From an uncultured delta proteobacterium (lineage in GTDB: Bacteria > Desulfobacterota > Binatia > UBA9968): a stretch of DNA of 64,000 nucleotides. The notes under the pieces were generated by a model, which was not told the origin of the DNA, searched no databases, and saw only the letters and a list, made by a program, of their open reading frames with translations. The stretch covers positions 160,001 to 224,000 of the forward strand of contig CAWDPO010000045.1 of the NCBI GenBank assembly GCA_963804165.1, read 5' to 3'. Shown piece after piece: positions 10,797-22,265 of the stretch (positions are counted from its first letter, which is position 1; the number at the start of each line of letters is the position of its first letter). The position numbers and the translations under genes are program-made.

Positions 10797-11995
10797 ATGT
10801 TTGCAAGCAAACAAAGCCATGCCGCGCAGCTACCGGATAATCGGTCCGCAGCGGCAAATCGACGAACGCGAAACGCCGCATCCGAGGGTCGATCGCGGCG
10901 AATTTGGCACCCGGTTGCGCGACTGGCGCAAGAATCGAGTCGGCAGCGATCCTTTCCGGCGCCTCTTCGGCGGCGGCGGCGAAGGAGATCCGAATAACAC
11001 GCTGCAACAGATCATGAAGCAGGCGCCCGAAGGAAAGGTCAATCCCAACCAGGTCCCGGTAGACGATCCCATTGAAATGGCAAAGCAAATCAAAGGCGTC
11101 GCCCAATACCTCGGCGCCGATGTCGTCGGCATTTGTGAGCTCGACCCACTCTATGTTTATTCCCACCGGGCGCGCGGCAATGCCGCCATGGGAGAGAAAC
11201 CGGGCGATCCGGTCAACCTGCCCCACCGCTTTGCCATCTGTCTTGGCTTTGCCAGCGACTATTACCGCTACATGAGCAACAACAGCAAAATTTCCGATAC
11301 CGAATACCAGTTCGGCAACAACCACGCGATTGTGCCGACCTTCATGCTGGCGTCCTACATTCGTGAGATGGGTTATCCCGCGACCGCGCATCATCACGGC
11401 CGCTCGGCGGTCAATCCGATACCTCTAGCCATCAACGCCGGAATGGGCGAGCTCGGCCGCCATGGCATGCTCATTCACGAGAAGTACGGATCGCGATTGC
11501 ACTTGACGGTGGTCACCACCGACCTTCCGCTGACAGTCGACGAGCCTGTGGACATCGGCGTCGAAGAGTTTTGTAAATATTGCAAGAAGTGCGCGCGCAC
11601 TTGTCCCTCGCACAGCATTCCCTTCGGCGGCAAGACGGTGATCAACGGCGTCGAAAAATACGCGATCAACGTCGAGAGCTGCTACAAGTACAAGCTCGCC
11701 GGCCGTAGGCGAGTGGACCAATTGCGTCGTCTGCGTTTCATCGTGCTGCTACAACAAACCCGATACCTGGTGGCATGACGTGGCAATGTGGTCGGTAAAA
11801 ATGACTCCGCCAAGCCTGCGCGTATTGATCGTCAAACCGCTACTCTGGATCGACGATCTGATCTGGGGCAAGCGACCGTGGATACGCATGAAATGGCTGG
11901 GCTATGACAATGCTCCCGAGCCAAAGTACTGCAACATACCCGGCTGCACGGCGAAGCACGCAAACCTGCAGCACAAGAAGCTGCATATTGCCTAG
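10797..11995 (+). CDS. rdhA: Reductive dehalogenase-like corrinoid/2x[4Fe-4S] protein with no TAT signal, frameshift at ~11704
   Basis: Motifs LGADVVGICEL, AGMGELGRHGMLIHEKYGSRL, TTDLPL, FCKYCKKCARTCP and, after removing one C, C-X13-CVVCVSSCCYNK, continuing into ORF 11780..11995. The RBS AAGGAG precedes ATG 10797, which is out of frame with ATG 10819 (possible second indel). Confidence 0.8.
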
Positions 11996-12075
11996 GCACG
12001 GCATCGAACGTATCGATGGATTGCACGGCAACGGAACGAAAGCGCGGGCGTATGGATTAACGGAGTGCTGAGTCG

Positions 12076-12324
12076 ATGACCTACGTGATCACCCAACCCT
12101 GTATCGGTATCAAAGACGGCACCTGCATCGACGTATGTCCGATGGACTGCATTCACGGCACCGACCAGGACCAGATGCTCTTCATCGATCCGGAAGAATG
12201 CATCGACTGCGGCGGTTGCGTGCCCGCCTGCCCGGTGGAGGCGATTTTTCCGGAGAACGAGGTGCCGGAGAAGTGGCGCGAGTACACGCAAATAAACGCC
12301 GACTACTTCAAAAACAAAAAATAA
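12076..12324 (+). CDS. Dicluster (7Fe/8Fe) ferredoxin, FdxA-like
   Basis: MTYVITQPC..CIDVCPMDCI and CIDCGGCVPACP. Confidence 0.93.
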   Translation: MTYVITQPCIGIKDGTCIDVCPMDCIHGTDQDQMLFIDPEECIDCGGCVPACPVEAIFPENEVPEKWREYTQINADYFKNKK

Positions 12325-12406
12325 TTGCGCTGACAGCAGTAGCCGGGTTTGAACTGTGCGGCTTCACTCGCCGCAGCTTGCGTCAAGAACATCGCCAATC
12401 CGAGGC

Positions 12407-12484
12407 CGTCATTCCCGCATGCTTTAAGCGGGAATCCAGGCGAATCCGAATCTGGACCCCCGATAGAAACATTCGGGGGTGACG
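12407..12484. repeat. CGTC-type REP dimer
   Basis: CGTCATTCCCGC-ATGCTTTAA-GCGGGAATCCAG with inverted partner CTGGACCCCCGA..TCGGGGGTGACG. Confidence 0.8.
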
Positions 12485-12707
12485 AGGATCGGGAATCGGT
12501 GCGCAGCGTGCACTTTCGATACCCCACTTTTTGCGAGGGGTTTTTCAGTCCCGTCTCCCGCGTCTGGTTTTTTAGTGATCTTCCTTGTCATTCCCGCCGA
12601 AGTTGCACAAGCGAATTGACACTCCCTATCTCAGTTCGATATGGCTTGGTCGAACGCGGTAAAAACTTTCTACGTCTTTCCGCCTAACGTGATCAGGAGA
12701 AGCGGTC

Positions 12708-13794
12708 ATGCCGATCATTGACGCCGACACTCATATCGATGAAACGGAAGCGACCTGGGAGCATCTGCGTGAGGACGAGCTGGAATTCAAACCCATCACG
12801 CAATATCCAGTCCCGCGTCGATCCGTCGAAGACGCCCACACGCTATTGGCTGATCGACGGTCACCGCCAGATACGCTTTGTGCGCGACGACAACAATACG
12901 CGCACGACGGTCGAAACCCGCGAGCTGTTGGACGTGCAGGCGCGGCTTCGCGATATGGACGCGATGGGCACACAGGTGCAGGTGCTTTATCCGACGCTGT
13001 TTTTGATGGAGGCGACAGAGCGCCCCGAAGTTTCTCTCGCGCTCCGGCGCAGCTACAACCGCTGGCTCGCCGATCGTTGCGCGGAATCGCACGGCCGCTT
13101 GCGTTGGGTTTGCTTGCCACCGCTGATGAACATGGAAGAGTCGATCAAAGAACTGCAGTTCGCTAAGGGCCACGGCGCCTGCGGTATCCTTAAAAAGGGT
13201 GACCTGGAAGCCGGCAAATGGCCTGCTGATCCTTACTTTTTTCCGCTCTATGAAGAAGCGAATCGGTTGGATTTGCCGATCTGTGTTCACATCGGCTCCG
13301 GCACCCCGGACTTCGCGCCTGCGCGGGAATTTTCCCTGGGCTCGTTTATGCGCTCGCAGCTGCCGACCGTGCACGCGTTTCACACGATCATCCGGCATCA
13401 GTTGCCGCAGAAGTTTCCCAAGCTCCGCTTCGGCATCATCGAGGCCGGCTGTTCCTGGGTGCCGTTCATTGCTTGGGAACTCAAACGGCGAATGGAAAAG
13501 TCCGCCGATGGCGCCGGTTCTTTCAGTCAATTCGCGCGCTACACGCTGTCGTCAGAATTGCTCAAAGCCAACCGCATGTACGTCACGTGCCAGGTCGACG
13601 AAGACTTGCCGTATATTCTAAAAGTCGCCGGCGAAGACAGCCTGATGGTCGGCTCCGACTACACGCACCGCGATTCGTCGATGGAGTATGAGTTTCCGCG
13701 CCTGCTAAAGGAACGGACGGAGAGAGGCGAGATTTCCCAATCCGCGGTGCAGAAGATCCTTTACGACAATGCCAAGACGTTTTATGGGCTCTAA
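12708..13794 (+). CDS. Amidohydrolase family protein, frameshift at ~12810
   Basis: IIDADTH in the first frame; QVLYPT, CVHIG, IIEAG and GSDYTH in the second. Confidence 0.9.
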
Positions 13795-13917
13795 CTGACG
13801 GCTTGGACTCTCGAGCAAAGGAGTGATGGAGCATTCGAATTCATGGCAACGCAGCACACGCGTTTGTCGAGTCTCCATCCTAAACGTTAACGTCCCTAGC
13901 TTCTTAAGGAGGTTCCG

Positions 13918-15081
13918 ATGCCCGGCGCACTCGAAGATATTCGCGTTATCGATTTCACCCACGCGTTGAACGGGCCCTTTTGCACTATGCTGCTCGGCCA
14001 CATGGGTGCGGAGATCATCAAGATCGAGCCGCCCGCGGGCGATGGTTTTCGCCGCTCATGGATGCCGCCGGACGCGAAAGTGGATGCCTACGAGTTCTTG
14101 TGGATCAACGCCAACAAGAAGAGCGTCGTGCTTAATCTAAAAACTGCGCGTGGAGTAGACTTAGCGCGACAACTGATTGCCAAAGCTGATGTGGTCGTGG
14201 AAAACTATCATGCCGGGCAAATGGAGAAATTCGGCCTCGGCTACGAAGACCTGAAGAAAATCAATCCGCGCCTGATCTATTCCTGCTCGCGCGGCTTCGG
14301 CGAGTCGGGACCTTATAAAGATTACGGCAGCACGGCGCATACGAACAACAGCATGACCGGTTGGACGCACACAGGCTGGAACTATAGTGGCGCGCCGGGA
14401 ACCAAGGCGATCGGCATCGGCGATGAGGCCGCCGGCGTCAGCATGGTGTGCGGAATTTTAGCCGCGCTTCACGCCCGCGAGCGCACCGGCGAGGGGCAAC
14501 GAATCGTGGTATCGATGCAGGAAGCGCTTCTCGGCTTCATGATCAGCGAGTTTCACGAGCACTTTATCGGCATCGAGATCGGCAACAAACCCGTCCCGGT
14601 CGCGGACGGTTACTTTACTCTCCGCATACCCGATTTGAGCGACGGTGGTTGGGGCAAGCTCGCGAAATTCATGGGCCGCGAAGATTTGCTCGAAGACGCG
14701 CGTTTTGCGACGGCGCCCGCACGCAAACAAAATCGCTCCGAGTTATACGAGCTTGTCCGCTCTTGGATGCGCGGAAAGAAACGCCAAGAACTTTGGGACG
14801 GGCTGCGCCAGATCGACTATTTCGGCGCTCCTGTTTTATCGATGGGCGAAGTGATCGAAGACCCGCATATCAAGGAACGAAAGGCCTTTATTCAACGCAA
14901 TCATCCCAAGGCGGGACCGACGACCTTGCTCGCCCCGTGGATTCACATGTCGAAAACTCCGCCGAGCATTCGTGATGATGCCCCGCTTCTCGGCCAGCAC
15001 ACCGACGAGGTTCTCGGCGGAATTTTGGAATTGAGCGCCACTGAATTAACCGCGCTGCGCTCTGAGAGCGTGATCAAATAA
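13918..15081 (+). CDS. Family III CoA transferase (CaiB/BaiF)
   Basis: Motifs VIDFTHALNGPF, IKIEPPAGD, NANKKS, ADVVVENY, catalytic Asp region IGD, and APLLGQHT. Confidence 0.95.
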   Translation: MPGALEDIRVIDFTHALNGPFCTMLLGHMGAEIIKIEPPAGDGFRRSWMPPDAKVDAYEFLWINANKKSVVLNLKTARGVDLARQLIAKADVVVENYHAGQMEKFGLGYEDLKKINPRLIYSCSRGFGESGPYKDYGSTAHTNNSMTGWTHTGWNYSGAPGTKAIGIGDEAAGVSMVCGILAALHARERTGEGQRIVVSMQEALLGFMISEFHEHFIGIEIGNKPVPVADGYFTLRIPDLSDGGWGKLAKFMGREDLLEDARFATAPARKQNRSELYELVRSWMRGKKRQELWDGLRQIDYFGAPVLSMGEVIEDPHIKERKAFIQRNHPKAGPTTLLAPWIHMSKTPPSIRDDAPLLGQHTDEVLGGILELSATELTALRSESVIK

Positions 15082-15184
15082 TGCGATTCGACAGCGCCCA
15101 TGAGACATCCGGTTCAATTTTCGAACGGAAAATAAGCTACTGTTGTGCAACAAAGTGCGTTGAATGAGTCATCCTGTGTTTCGC

Positions 15185-15261
15185 CGTCATGCCGGTGAAA
15201 ACCGGCATCCACTCCTGGATTCCGGGTCGCGCTAGCTGTCGCCAGCTTGCCCGGAATGACG
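15185..15261. repeat. CGTC-type REP dimer
   Basis: CGTCATGCCGGT-GAAA-ACCGGCATCCA with inverted TGGATTCCGGG...CCCGGAATGACG. Confidence 0.75.
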
Positions 15262-15290
15262 GGCTTTAGTTCCACAACAGGACGGCGAAT

Positions 15291-16269
15291 ATGCGTTTAC
15301 TCGTTACCACGCTGATGTTGGGCTTGATGGCGCAAGTCCACGACGCAAAAGCGCAGGAGCGGCTGCGGGTCGCCTGGGCGGGCGGGGCGTCCAACGCGAC
15401 TGTCTGGATCGTTCAAGAGAAAGGCTTGCTCAAGAAGCAGGGCGTCAACGCCGAGTTTATTTCCGTCAATGCCAGTCCCATGGCGCTTCAGGCGATGATT
15501 GCCGGCGAAGTCGACGTCATTGTGACTTCGGTGACAACACTAGTGAACTCGCGCTTGACCGGCGCTGACGTGGTCATGATCGCCTCAATCGTGCCGACGT
15601 TCCCCGCGCACATCGTCACGCCAGAAAAACGTCACGGAGATCAAGCAACTTAAAGGGAAGACGGGCGGCGTCGGACGCGCCGGCACGACGACGGAAATAG
15701 GCATGCGGCTCGGGCTGAGCCGTCTGGGGATCGATCCCAACAATGATGTGAAACTTGTGCCCGTGGGTGCTACCGCCGACGCGCTCGCCGCGCTTTCCAA
15801 AGGGCTCGTGCAATTCTCCATCCTGGTCGAACCCTTCGTCCGCGAGGCCGAGAAACTCGGCTTCAAGTCTTTGGTCGACATCAGCGCGTTAAACATCCCG
15901 TTTCACTGGAACGGAGTTCTCACGCGAGAGACCACGATCCGGTCGAAGGGTCCTTTGATGGCAAAGCTTACGCGCGCTCTGGTCGAAGCGATTCACATTT
16001 TTAAAACAGATAAAGAGTCGACCTTGAAGATCATCAGTAAGTTCACCCGAATCACGAATCCCGACAGCCTTGAACGAACACATCAAGCCTTCGGCAAAAT
16101 ACTGCCGGAAACGCCGATGCCGTCGCCCGAGGGCGTGAAAACTTACCTCGACTACGTCGCCACTAGCCGGCCTGAAGCGGTCAAGGCCAATCCGAAAGAG
16201 TTTGTCGACCTGAGCTTCGTCCAGGAAGTTCAAGCGTCGGGTTTCGTTCGGCAACTGTACGGCAGATAA
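15291..16269 (+). CDS. NMT1/TauA/SsuA-type solute-binding protein, frameshift at ~15621
   Basis: Signal peptide, ALQAMIAGEVD, QLKGKTGGV after removing one C, and C-terminal FVDLSFVQE. Confidence 0.88.
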
Positions 16270-16439
16270 AGCGATAAGCGGAACGGAAATGAGGAGAGAA
16301 TGCGCGTCATTTTCCGAACATTTTTTTCATTTCGGTCGATGACTTCCGGCGTCTACAACGTGCTCGTCGAATCGCCGAGATCAATTGTATACGAGACAAA
16401 TCCTTCGTGACTTTCACTTTGTCCTCGTTACCTGCACGC

Positions 16440-17540
16440 TCACTTCATAAACTGTTGCTGAAAGTAATCCACCCAATCGTTGCCTTGGTCATAGAGCATT
16501 TCCGGACTCAGGTAATTGGCTTTCTTGAAGCGACCGCCGCCGGGCTTGAGATCTGCTTGCAGAGCGGGAACATCGGGATGCGCCGGAAGATAGTTTGATT
16601 TCTGAAAAACCACCTGGCCTCTTTTCGACAGCATGAAATCGAGAAACAACATCGCCGCGTAGGGATGGGGCGCGTTTTTGGCGAGACCGACGGTGTTATT
16701 CGTCGCCGTCACCGGTTCGAGCGGCTGCCATTCCACCGGCGCTCCGGCGGTTTTGCTGATGTAGGCGTGGTGGTTGAAAATCTGGATCGCCATCGGATAT
16801 TCGCCGGCGATGACGAGATCGAGAATCTGACGCGCGCTCGCCGTGCTCTTGGCGACGTTTTGCTGCTTTAGCTTCTGTATGTAAGCCTTGCCCGCTTCCT
16901 GACCCATGGTAATAAGCATATTGCCGATAAACTGCGGCGCGCCCGAGCCGCGGCTCGTCGACCACATCATCTGACCTCTCCAACGAGGGTTGAGGAGATC
17001 TTGGTAGGTCTTTGGCAGCTCGCCGGTTTTGACGCTGCGCGTGTTGTAGCCGAGGGTCATGAAGTAAACGTTAGTGCTGCCCCAAAAACCTTTGGCGTCT
17101 TTCAATTCCGGCGGATACTCGGCGAGATGTGGAGAAAAAAACCGTTGCATGTATCCAGCACGCTGCACCATGGTCGTCGCGGCGCTGCCACTGACGATGT
17201 CGACTTCGTATCTCTTGGCCTGGTATTCGGCCAAAACTTTCTGTGCGATGCGCTCGGAGTTGCCGCGAAAAAATTCGACCTGGACAAACGGATATTCTTT
17301 TTCGAAGGCGTCTTTGACCGGCCGCACGACTTGATCGACGATCAATCCGGTATAGAAATTGACTTTGCCTTCTTTTTTGGCGCCTTCGACCAGAAGCTTT
17401 TCGCGGTTGGCCGCTTTGAGCAAAGCGACTTCCTCAACGGTTGCGGCCGGAGCAAATGCTCCCGGCACAATCTGCCAGAGGAGAATTCCGATCAATGAGA
17501 AGATGAGTTTACTCATCGTCAAGCGCTTCTGATCAGTCAT
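16440..17540 (-). CDS. Extracellular solute-binding protein (AfuA/FbpA-like cluster D)
   Basis: Motifs GAKKEGKVNFY, LGYNT, PKTYQDLLNPRWRG and APHPYAAMLFLDF; signal peptide. Confidence 0.9.
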   Translation of the reverse strand: MTDQKRLTMSKLIFSLIGILLWQIVPGAFAPAATVEEVALLKAANREKLLVEGAKKEGKVNFYTGLIVDQVVRPVKDAFEKEYPFVQVEFFRGNSERIAQKVLAEYQAKRYEVDIVSGSAATTMVQRAGYMQRFFSPHLAEYPPELKDAKGFWGSTNVYFMTLGYNTRSVKTGELPKTYQDLLNPRWRGQMMWSTSRGSGAPQFIGNMLITMGQEAGKAYIQKLKQQNVAKSTASARQILDLVIAGEYPMAIQIFNHHAYISKTAGAPVEWQPLEPVTATNNTVGLAKNAPHPYAAMLFLDFMLSKRGQVVFQKSNYLPAHPDVPALQADLKPGGGRFKKANYLSPEMLYDQGNDWVDYFQQQFMK

Positions 17541-17779
17541 CTTTGTATCTCCTCTACCGAGTATTCGATGTCGTGATTCGCACAACGTAGACCAATATTG
17601 CCGCTGCACATCGCGGTCGGGCGGACTACGAGTGTCAACGCTTGCGCTACAACTGCACGAACGCTAGTCCTCCCCCAGCGCTGTTGTCAAGGCATACAGC
17701 GTCGACGAAGTTCAGAGTACAGAGAAGCCATTCTGAAAGAACAAGGCGGAGAATCGAAGTCTGAATGCCGGCGCGTCAC

Positions 17780-19766
17780 TTAGCAGGGTTTCCGGTTCGA
17801 TGTGAGTCTGAAGATCTCCGCCTCGCGGAAAAGCGTCAGCAATTCGCGGTCGACCAGGCCCTGTTTAGCCTCATCGAAGAGAATATCGAGCGCCATCTCG
17901 GATGGGATCGCCTTCTTATACGGTCGGTCGCTCGCCGATAACGCGTCGTAGATATCGGAGATCGTCATCATTTTAGACTGAATGGGAATCTCCGCGGCGG
18001 ACAAGTTGTTGGGATAGCCGGTGCCGTCCAACTTCTCGTGATGCGCCGAGGCGATGACCGGAATATTTTTGATCTCGCTGGTCCAAGGAATCTGCCGCAA
18101 AAAGTTCAATGTATGATTCACATGGGACTCGATCTCACGTCGTTCGGCCTCGTCTAGGTTGCCTCGCGAGATGGTAAGCAGCGTGAGCTCGTACGGTGAA
18201 AGCAGAGGGCGTCTTTGACCCGTCGCATCGACGAATTCTTGTGCCGCGAAGTCGCTCAGTTTTTCAAAATTGGCTTGGTGTAGGACTGTCGGCTCGTTAC
18301 ATCTGACAATGAACGTGAGCAACTCATCGACTTCGCGGATCCGTTCTTCAAGCTCCTTTTGAAAATCAGTTCGACGTCCGAGGAACTCCTCGCGGCCTTT
18401 TTCCAAAAGGTAGGCGAGCTTTCGTTCGCTATATTCGTGTTCCAAAGCTTTTCGCGCGTAAGCGAACCGCTCCTGCACGAGTTCGAGCTGTAAGGGATAG
18501 AGTTTTTTGGCTTTGACCAAGACTTCCTCGCGCACTCCGACTTTGCCGAAGTCGTGCAGCAGCGAGGCGTAGCGAATCTCTTTCATTTCGGTGCGAGAGA
18601 AACGAATGTCGCGGAAACAATGAGACTCGTCTCGATCCACGACTTCAGCCAGCGCGATGGTCAAATCGGCAACGCGAAACGAGTGGCCATAGGTCGTCGG
18701 ATCCCGCGCTTCGATGGCGCTCACCGACGCCCGAACGAAACCCTCGAACAAATTTTCGATATTTTCATAGAGCCGGGTATTTTCCAGGGCAACGGCCGCT
18801 TGACTCGCCAGCGATCTCAGCAAAACGCGGCATTCTTCCGGAAACGGTACGATGTGTCCATCAACTACTCGCCCGTCGCGCCTGATCTTCACGCTGGCAG
18901 TTAATGAGCTGTACGACGCCGATCACCTCGCCGCGCGGGTCCTTCATGGGCACCGCGAGCATCGACCTAGAACGATAGCCGCTTTCCTCGTCGAACATGC
19001 GATTGAAACCAAAAGGGTAGGACGGCGGGATTTGGTAGACGTCCGCGAGCTGAACTTCTTCGCCAGTTACCGCTACATAACCCGCCACGCTCGAGCTGTC
19101 CAAGGGCATGACGGATTCATTGAAGGAAACTTTGACGCTGTTGTTCTGCGTAATCTTGAATCGCAGCCGTTTTGCGCCTTGGTCGTCCTCCTCGACCAGG
19201 TAGAGAGAGCCCGCGTCGCTCTGGGTAATTTCGCAACTTTTCCGCAGAATCAGATTCAGCAGCAATTCCCGGTCATGTTGAGTCGAAAGCGCGATACCGA
19301 TCTCATTCAGCTGATCGATTTCGTTTCGCGCGCGGCGTAGCTCTTGGTCGAGCGTTGCCTGGCGGCGCCTTAGGGCGAGATCATCAAAGGCCGCCGCTAT
19401 GGAGTTGCGCAAGGCGTCGCCTCGCAAAGGACCGATTAGAAAACTAAAGATTGGCACGCCGCTGGCTTCGACGGGCACCGTTGGCGCCACGTCGCACACG
19501 TAGATCAGTCTCGCTTGATCGCGCTCGATGGCCGCGCGCATTTGCCTGGAGAATATTCCCGCGTTCGACCCAACGATAACTACAGGCGCTTTGGTCTTTA
19601 GCGAAAAGGTTTCAGCTTGCGGCGCGACGATCCAAGGAACGGTTTTCCCTAGAAGCAAACTCGCCACTTCGCCGCTCTGGCAATAAACCAACTTCCGCTC
19701 GGCGGTCGTTGAATTAGCCGAATCATCCACGCCCTGTTCTCGTCGAGGATCAACCCAAGTTGCCAT
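17780..19766 (-). CDS. GAF + HD-GYP c-di-GMP phosphodiesterase, frameshift within 18861-18897
   Basis: GAF motifs AGSLYL, SVAGYVA and YRSRSMLAVPM..GVVQLIN; HD-GYP motifs TYGHS, LLHDFGK, HHEKLDGTGYP and DIYDAL..RPYK. Confidence 0.92.
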
Positions 19767-20066
19767 TTGTCGGCCGGTTCCCGCGCGGAAAATTTTCTCT
19801 CAATTTACGCTGCCGCGACCAGGTGTACCCGGAATCTGGAACCTATCGAAAAATCGCCGGTGACTCAACTTGGGCCAAACGCCACGTAACGGAATCAAAT
19901 GGACCCTTACAGCGTCTCCAACGGCCGCGGGTGGGCGACTTTGTGACACGGCCCTTGTTCGATGGATGGACCAATTACGTCACGCGCATGGCCAAGCCAA
20001 AGTGCAAACGGCTGACACGACGCGCCAGAGTCGATTTCGCGGCGACAAAAATCTTCTGCTGCCGCC

Positions 20067-20082
20067 TGGCACGAGCCGTGCT
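20067..20082 (+). promoter_or_regulatory. Putative sigma-54 promoter
   Basis: TGGCACGAGCCGTGCT has GG-N10-GC spacing and lies ~125 bp upstream of the protease start. Confidence 0.55.
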
Positions 20083-20208
20083 CTAAGCCGTGCGCTGTCT
20101 TTCGTTCGGGGAAACAAAGACAGCGCGCGACTGTCAATTTCTGGAGTTATCGAAGCTTGTGAGAACCCTTCACCGCAATTCAAAACAGCAGGAAGAAAGG
20201 AAGCACTT

Positions 20209-22014
20209 ATGACCTCAAACGTCCCCTTGAGGCGTTTTTCAGTGTTAACGAGCGCCGTCATTGTCGTTTTGCTCGGCGCGATGGCTCAGGCGCAGACACA
20301 TCCCAACTTGTTTCGCCAACGCCCCGTTACGGATATACCTGGTAGCCACGGCGTGGCGGCTTACGTCGGCGACATCGATGAAGCGACGCTAACGGCGGCA
20401 CCCAGCGGCTTGACCATCGTTGTACCGGGCAAGCCTGATCTCGCCTTTGACCGTCAAGCTCATGAGCACCGAGGCGCGAGAAGCATGGTTTGGCGCGGTC
20501 GCGGACAGTTAGATCGCGGCAACGCGACGCTTACTCTGCACCAAGGTCTTCTCTACGGTCGTATTGAGAGCGGTGGCGACGTGTATGCGATTCGTCCGGG
20601 TTCGAACCGTCGGACGTTGGTTGAAAAAATCAACTCCGACAGCTTCGCGCCGGAGTGGGGACACGACGCCGCGACTCACGGGCACGAAAAAGTTCCTCCG
20701 CCAGCCGGCGACAACCGTTTGCAACAAGGTTCGTTGACTACGCCCAACGCAACTGCCGCGGACGGTACGGTACAAATCGTTTTGATGTCGGTCTACACTC
20801 CCCAGGCTCGCGTTGCGGCGGGTGGTACGACCCAGATTCAAGCACAGATTCAGGCGGCGGTTGACCAGGCCAATACCGCCTTCGTCAACAGCAACATGGT
20901 CCCGCGTTTCTTTCTGTCCCACACGGCGGAAGTCGCTTACAACGATTCGGGAAATATCGAAACGGATCTAAACTGGGTCACCTCGAACTCGAGCGTGGCT
21001 TCCCTGCGCAACACGTACTTCGCCGACATGGTGTCCCTGATCACCAATAACGGCGGCGGGTATTGCGGCATTGGTTGGGTACAGAGAAACCCCGGATCGG
21101 GCTTTGCCGGTTACGCGTTTCAAGTTACCGCGCTCGGCTGTCTCGCCAATAGCACGCTCGCCCACGAACACGGTCACAACATGGGCATGGAACATGATCC
21201 CGCCAGCGCGGGCGTATCGCCATCGGGCGCTTCCTATCCCTGGTCGTTCGGCCATTACGTGAACGGTTCATTTCGCACGATCATGTCGTACAACGTTTGC
21301 ACCATCAGCTGCCCGCGCGTGCTGCACTTTTCCAATCCCGAGGTGCTCTACAACGGCGTTCCCACTGGGATCGTGGACCAACGGGATAACGCTCATACTG
21401 GAGACTTGACGGCGCCGACCATCGCTAATTTTCGTCTTGGAGGTGGCACCGGCACGAACAATCCACCGGCATTCACGAGCGATCCGATCGTCAAGTCGAA
21501 TGCCACTCAAGGACAGGCCTATTCCGGCAGTATCGCGGGCAACGCCACGGACGCAGACGCAGACCCGCTGACGTTTGCGAAGACGAGCGGCCCGACGTGG
21601 CTGTCGGTCGCTGCCAACGGGGTGTTGAGCGGCACCCCGGGCACGACCAATCTGGGTCTAAATAGTTTTACCGTCTCGGTATCGGACGGCCGGGGCGGCT
21701 CCGACAGCGCAACTTTGCAAATCACAGTCGTTGCTCCATTGTTGGCGCCGACTAGTCTCGGCGCCGCACCCGTGGGTTCCAAGAGAATCGACCTTACCTG
21801 GACCGATAACTCTTCGAGTGAAAGCGGATTCAAAATTGAGCGATCCGGCAATAAAGGCAAGAGTTATTCTCAGATCGCGACCGTGCCCGCCAATACGACA
21901 ATTTTCTCCGACACCGGGCTGCGGTCGGGAAGAATCTATTACTACCGCGTGCGCGCGTACAGCGGCACGAGCAATTCGGCCTACTCCAACACCGTTAACG
22001 CCACGGCGAATTAA
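20209..22014 (+). CDS. Secreted M12B/reprolysin-like Zn metallopeptidase with an Ig/cadherin-like domain and an FN3 domain
   Basis: Signal peptide, HEHGHNMGMEH zinc motif, Met-turn TIMSY, NNPPAF..DADADPLTF..VSDGRGG, and LTWTDNSSSESGFKIER..YYYRVRAY. Confidence 0.92.
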   Translation: MTSNVPLRRFSVLTSAVIVVLLGAMAQAQTHPNLFRQRPVTDIPGSHGVAAYVGDIDEATLTAAPSGLTIVVPGKPDLAFDRQAHEHRGARSMVWRGRGQLDRGNATLTLHQGLLYGRIESGGDVYAIRPGSNRRTLVEKINSDSFAPEWGHDAATHGHEKVPPPAGDNRLQQGSLTTPNATAADGTVQIVLMSVYTPQARVAAGGTTQIQAQIQAAVDQANTAFVNSNMVPRFFLSHTAEVAYNDSGNIETDLNWVTSNSSVASLRNTYFADMVSLITNNGGGYCGIGWVQRNPGSGFAGYAFQVTALGCLANSTLAHEHGHNMGMEHDPASAGVSPSGASYPWSFGHYVNGSFRTIMSYNVCTISCPRVLHFSNPEVLYNGVPTGIVDQRDNAHTGDLTAPTIANFRLGGGTGTNNPPAFTSDPIVKSNATQGQAYSGSIAGNATDADADPLTFAKTSGPTWLSVAANGVLSGTPGTTNLGLNSFTVSVSDGRGGSDSATLQITVVAPLLAPTSLGAAPVGSKRIDLTWTDNSSSESGFKIERSGNKGKSYSQIATVPANTTIFSDTGLRSGRIYYYRVRAYSGTSNSAYSNTVNATAN

Positions 22015-22042
22015 GTTGACGGGCTGAAATAATTAACTCAGC

Positions 22043-22082
22043 CAAAACCGGCCCGGCGATAACCGCCGGGCCGGTTTTGCTT
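22043..22082 (+). terminator. Intrinsic terminator
   Basis: 16-bp stem CAAAACCGGCCCGGCG / CGCCGGGCCGGTTTTG. Confidence 0.9.
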
Positions 22083-22265
22083 TGACCAAATTCGACATCT
22101 CGTTCAATCTCGCAATAAATCGCGTCAACGATTAGGGTACCCCGATCGAACTTTCTGCGTTCGTCCGTGAATATTTCATGCGGCGGTACGTTTCGATCTA
22201 TCTAGTGCACCCGTATCTGACTGTGATAAAGAAGAATCGGACGAACCTGGAATCCGAGCTGACAC

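Noticed and set aside
10601-10797. Cobalamin riboswitch ahead of the B12-dependent gene
   Set aside because: No B12-box was found; a terminator and promoter account for the region
10797-11995. Epoxyqueuosine reductase QueG
   Set aside because: Lacks the QueG YA.G.DYH and GCD.CQ motifs; the motifs match RdhA better, though phylogeny is still needed
19870-20208. 113-aa N-terminal extension of the metalloprotease in the ORF track
   Set aside because: The RBS and signal peptide fit ATG 20209, and the extension overlaps the promoter region
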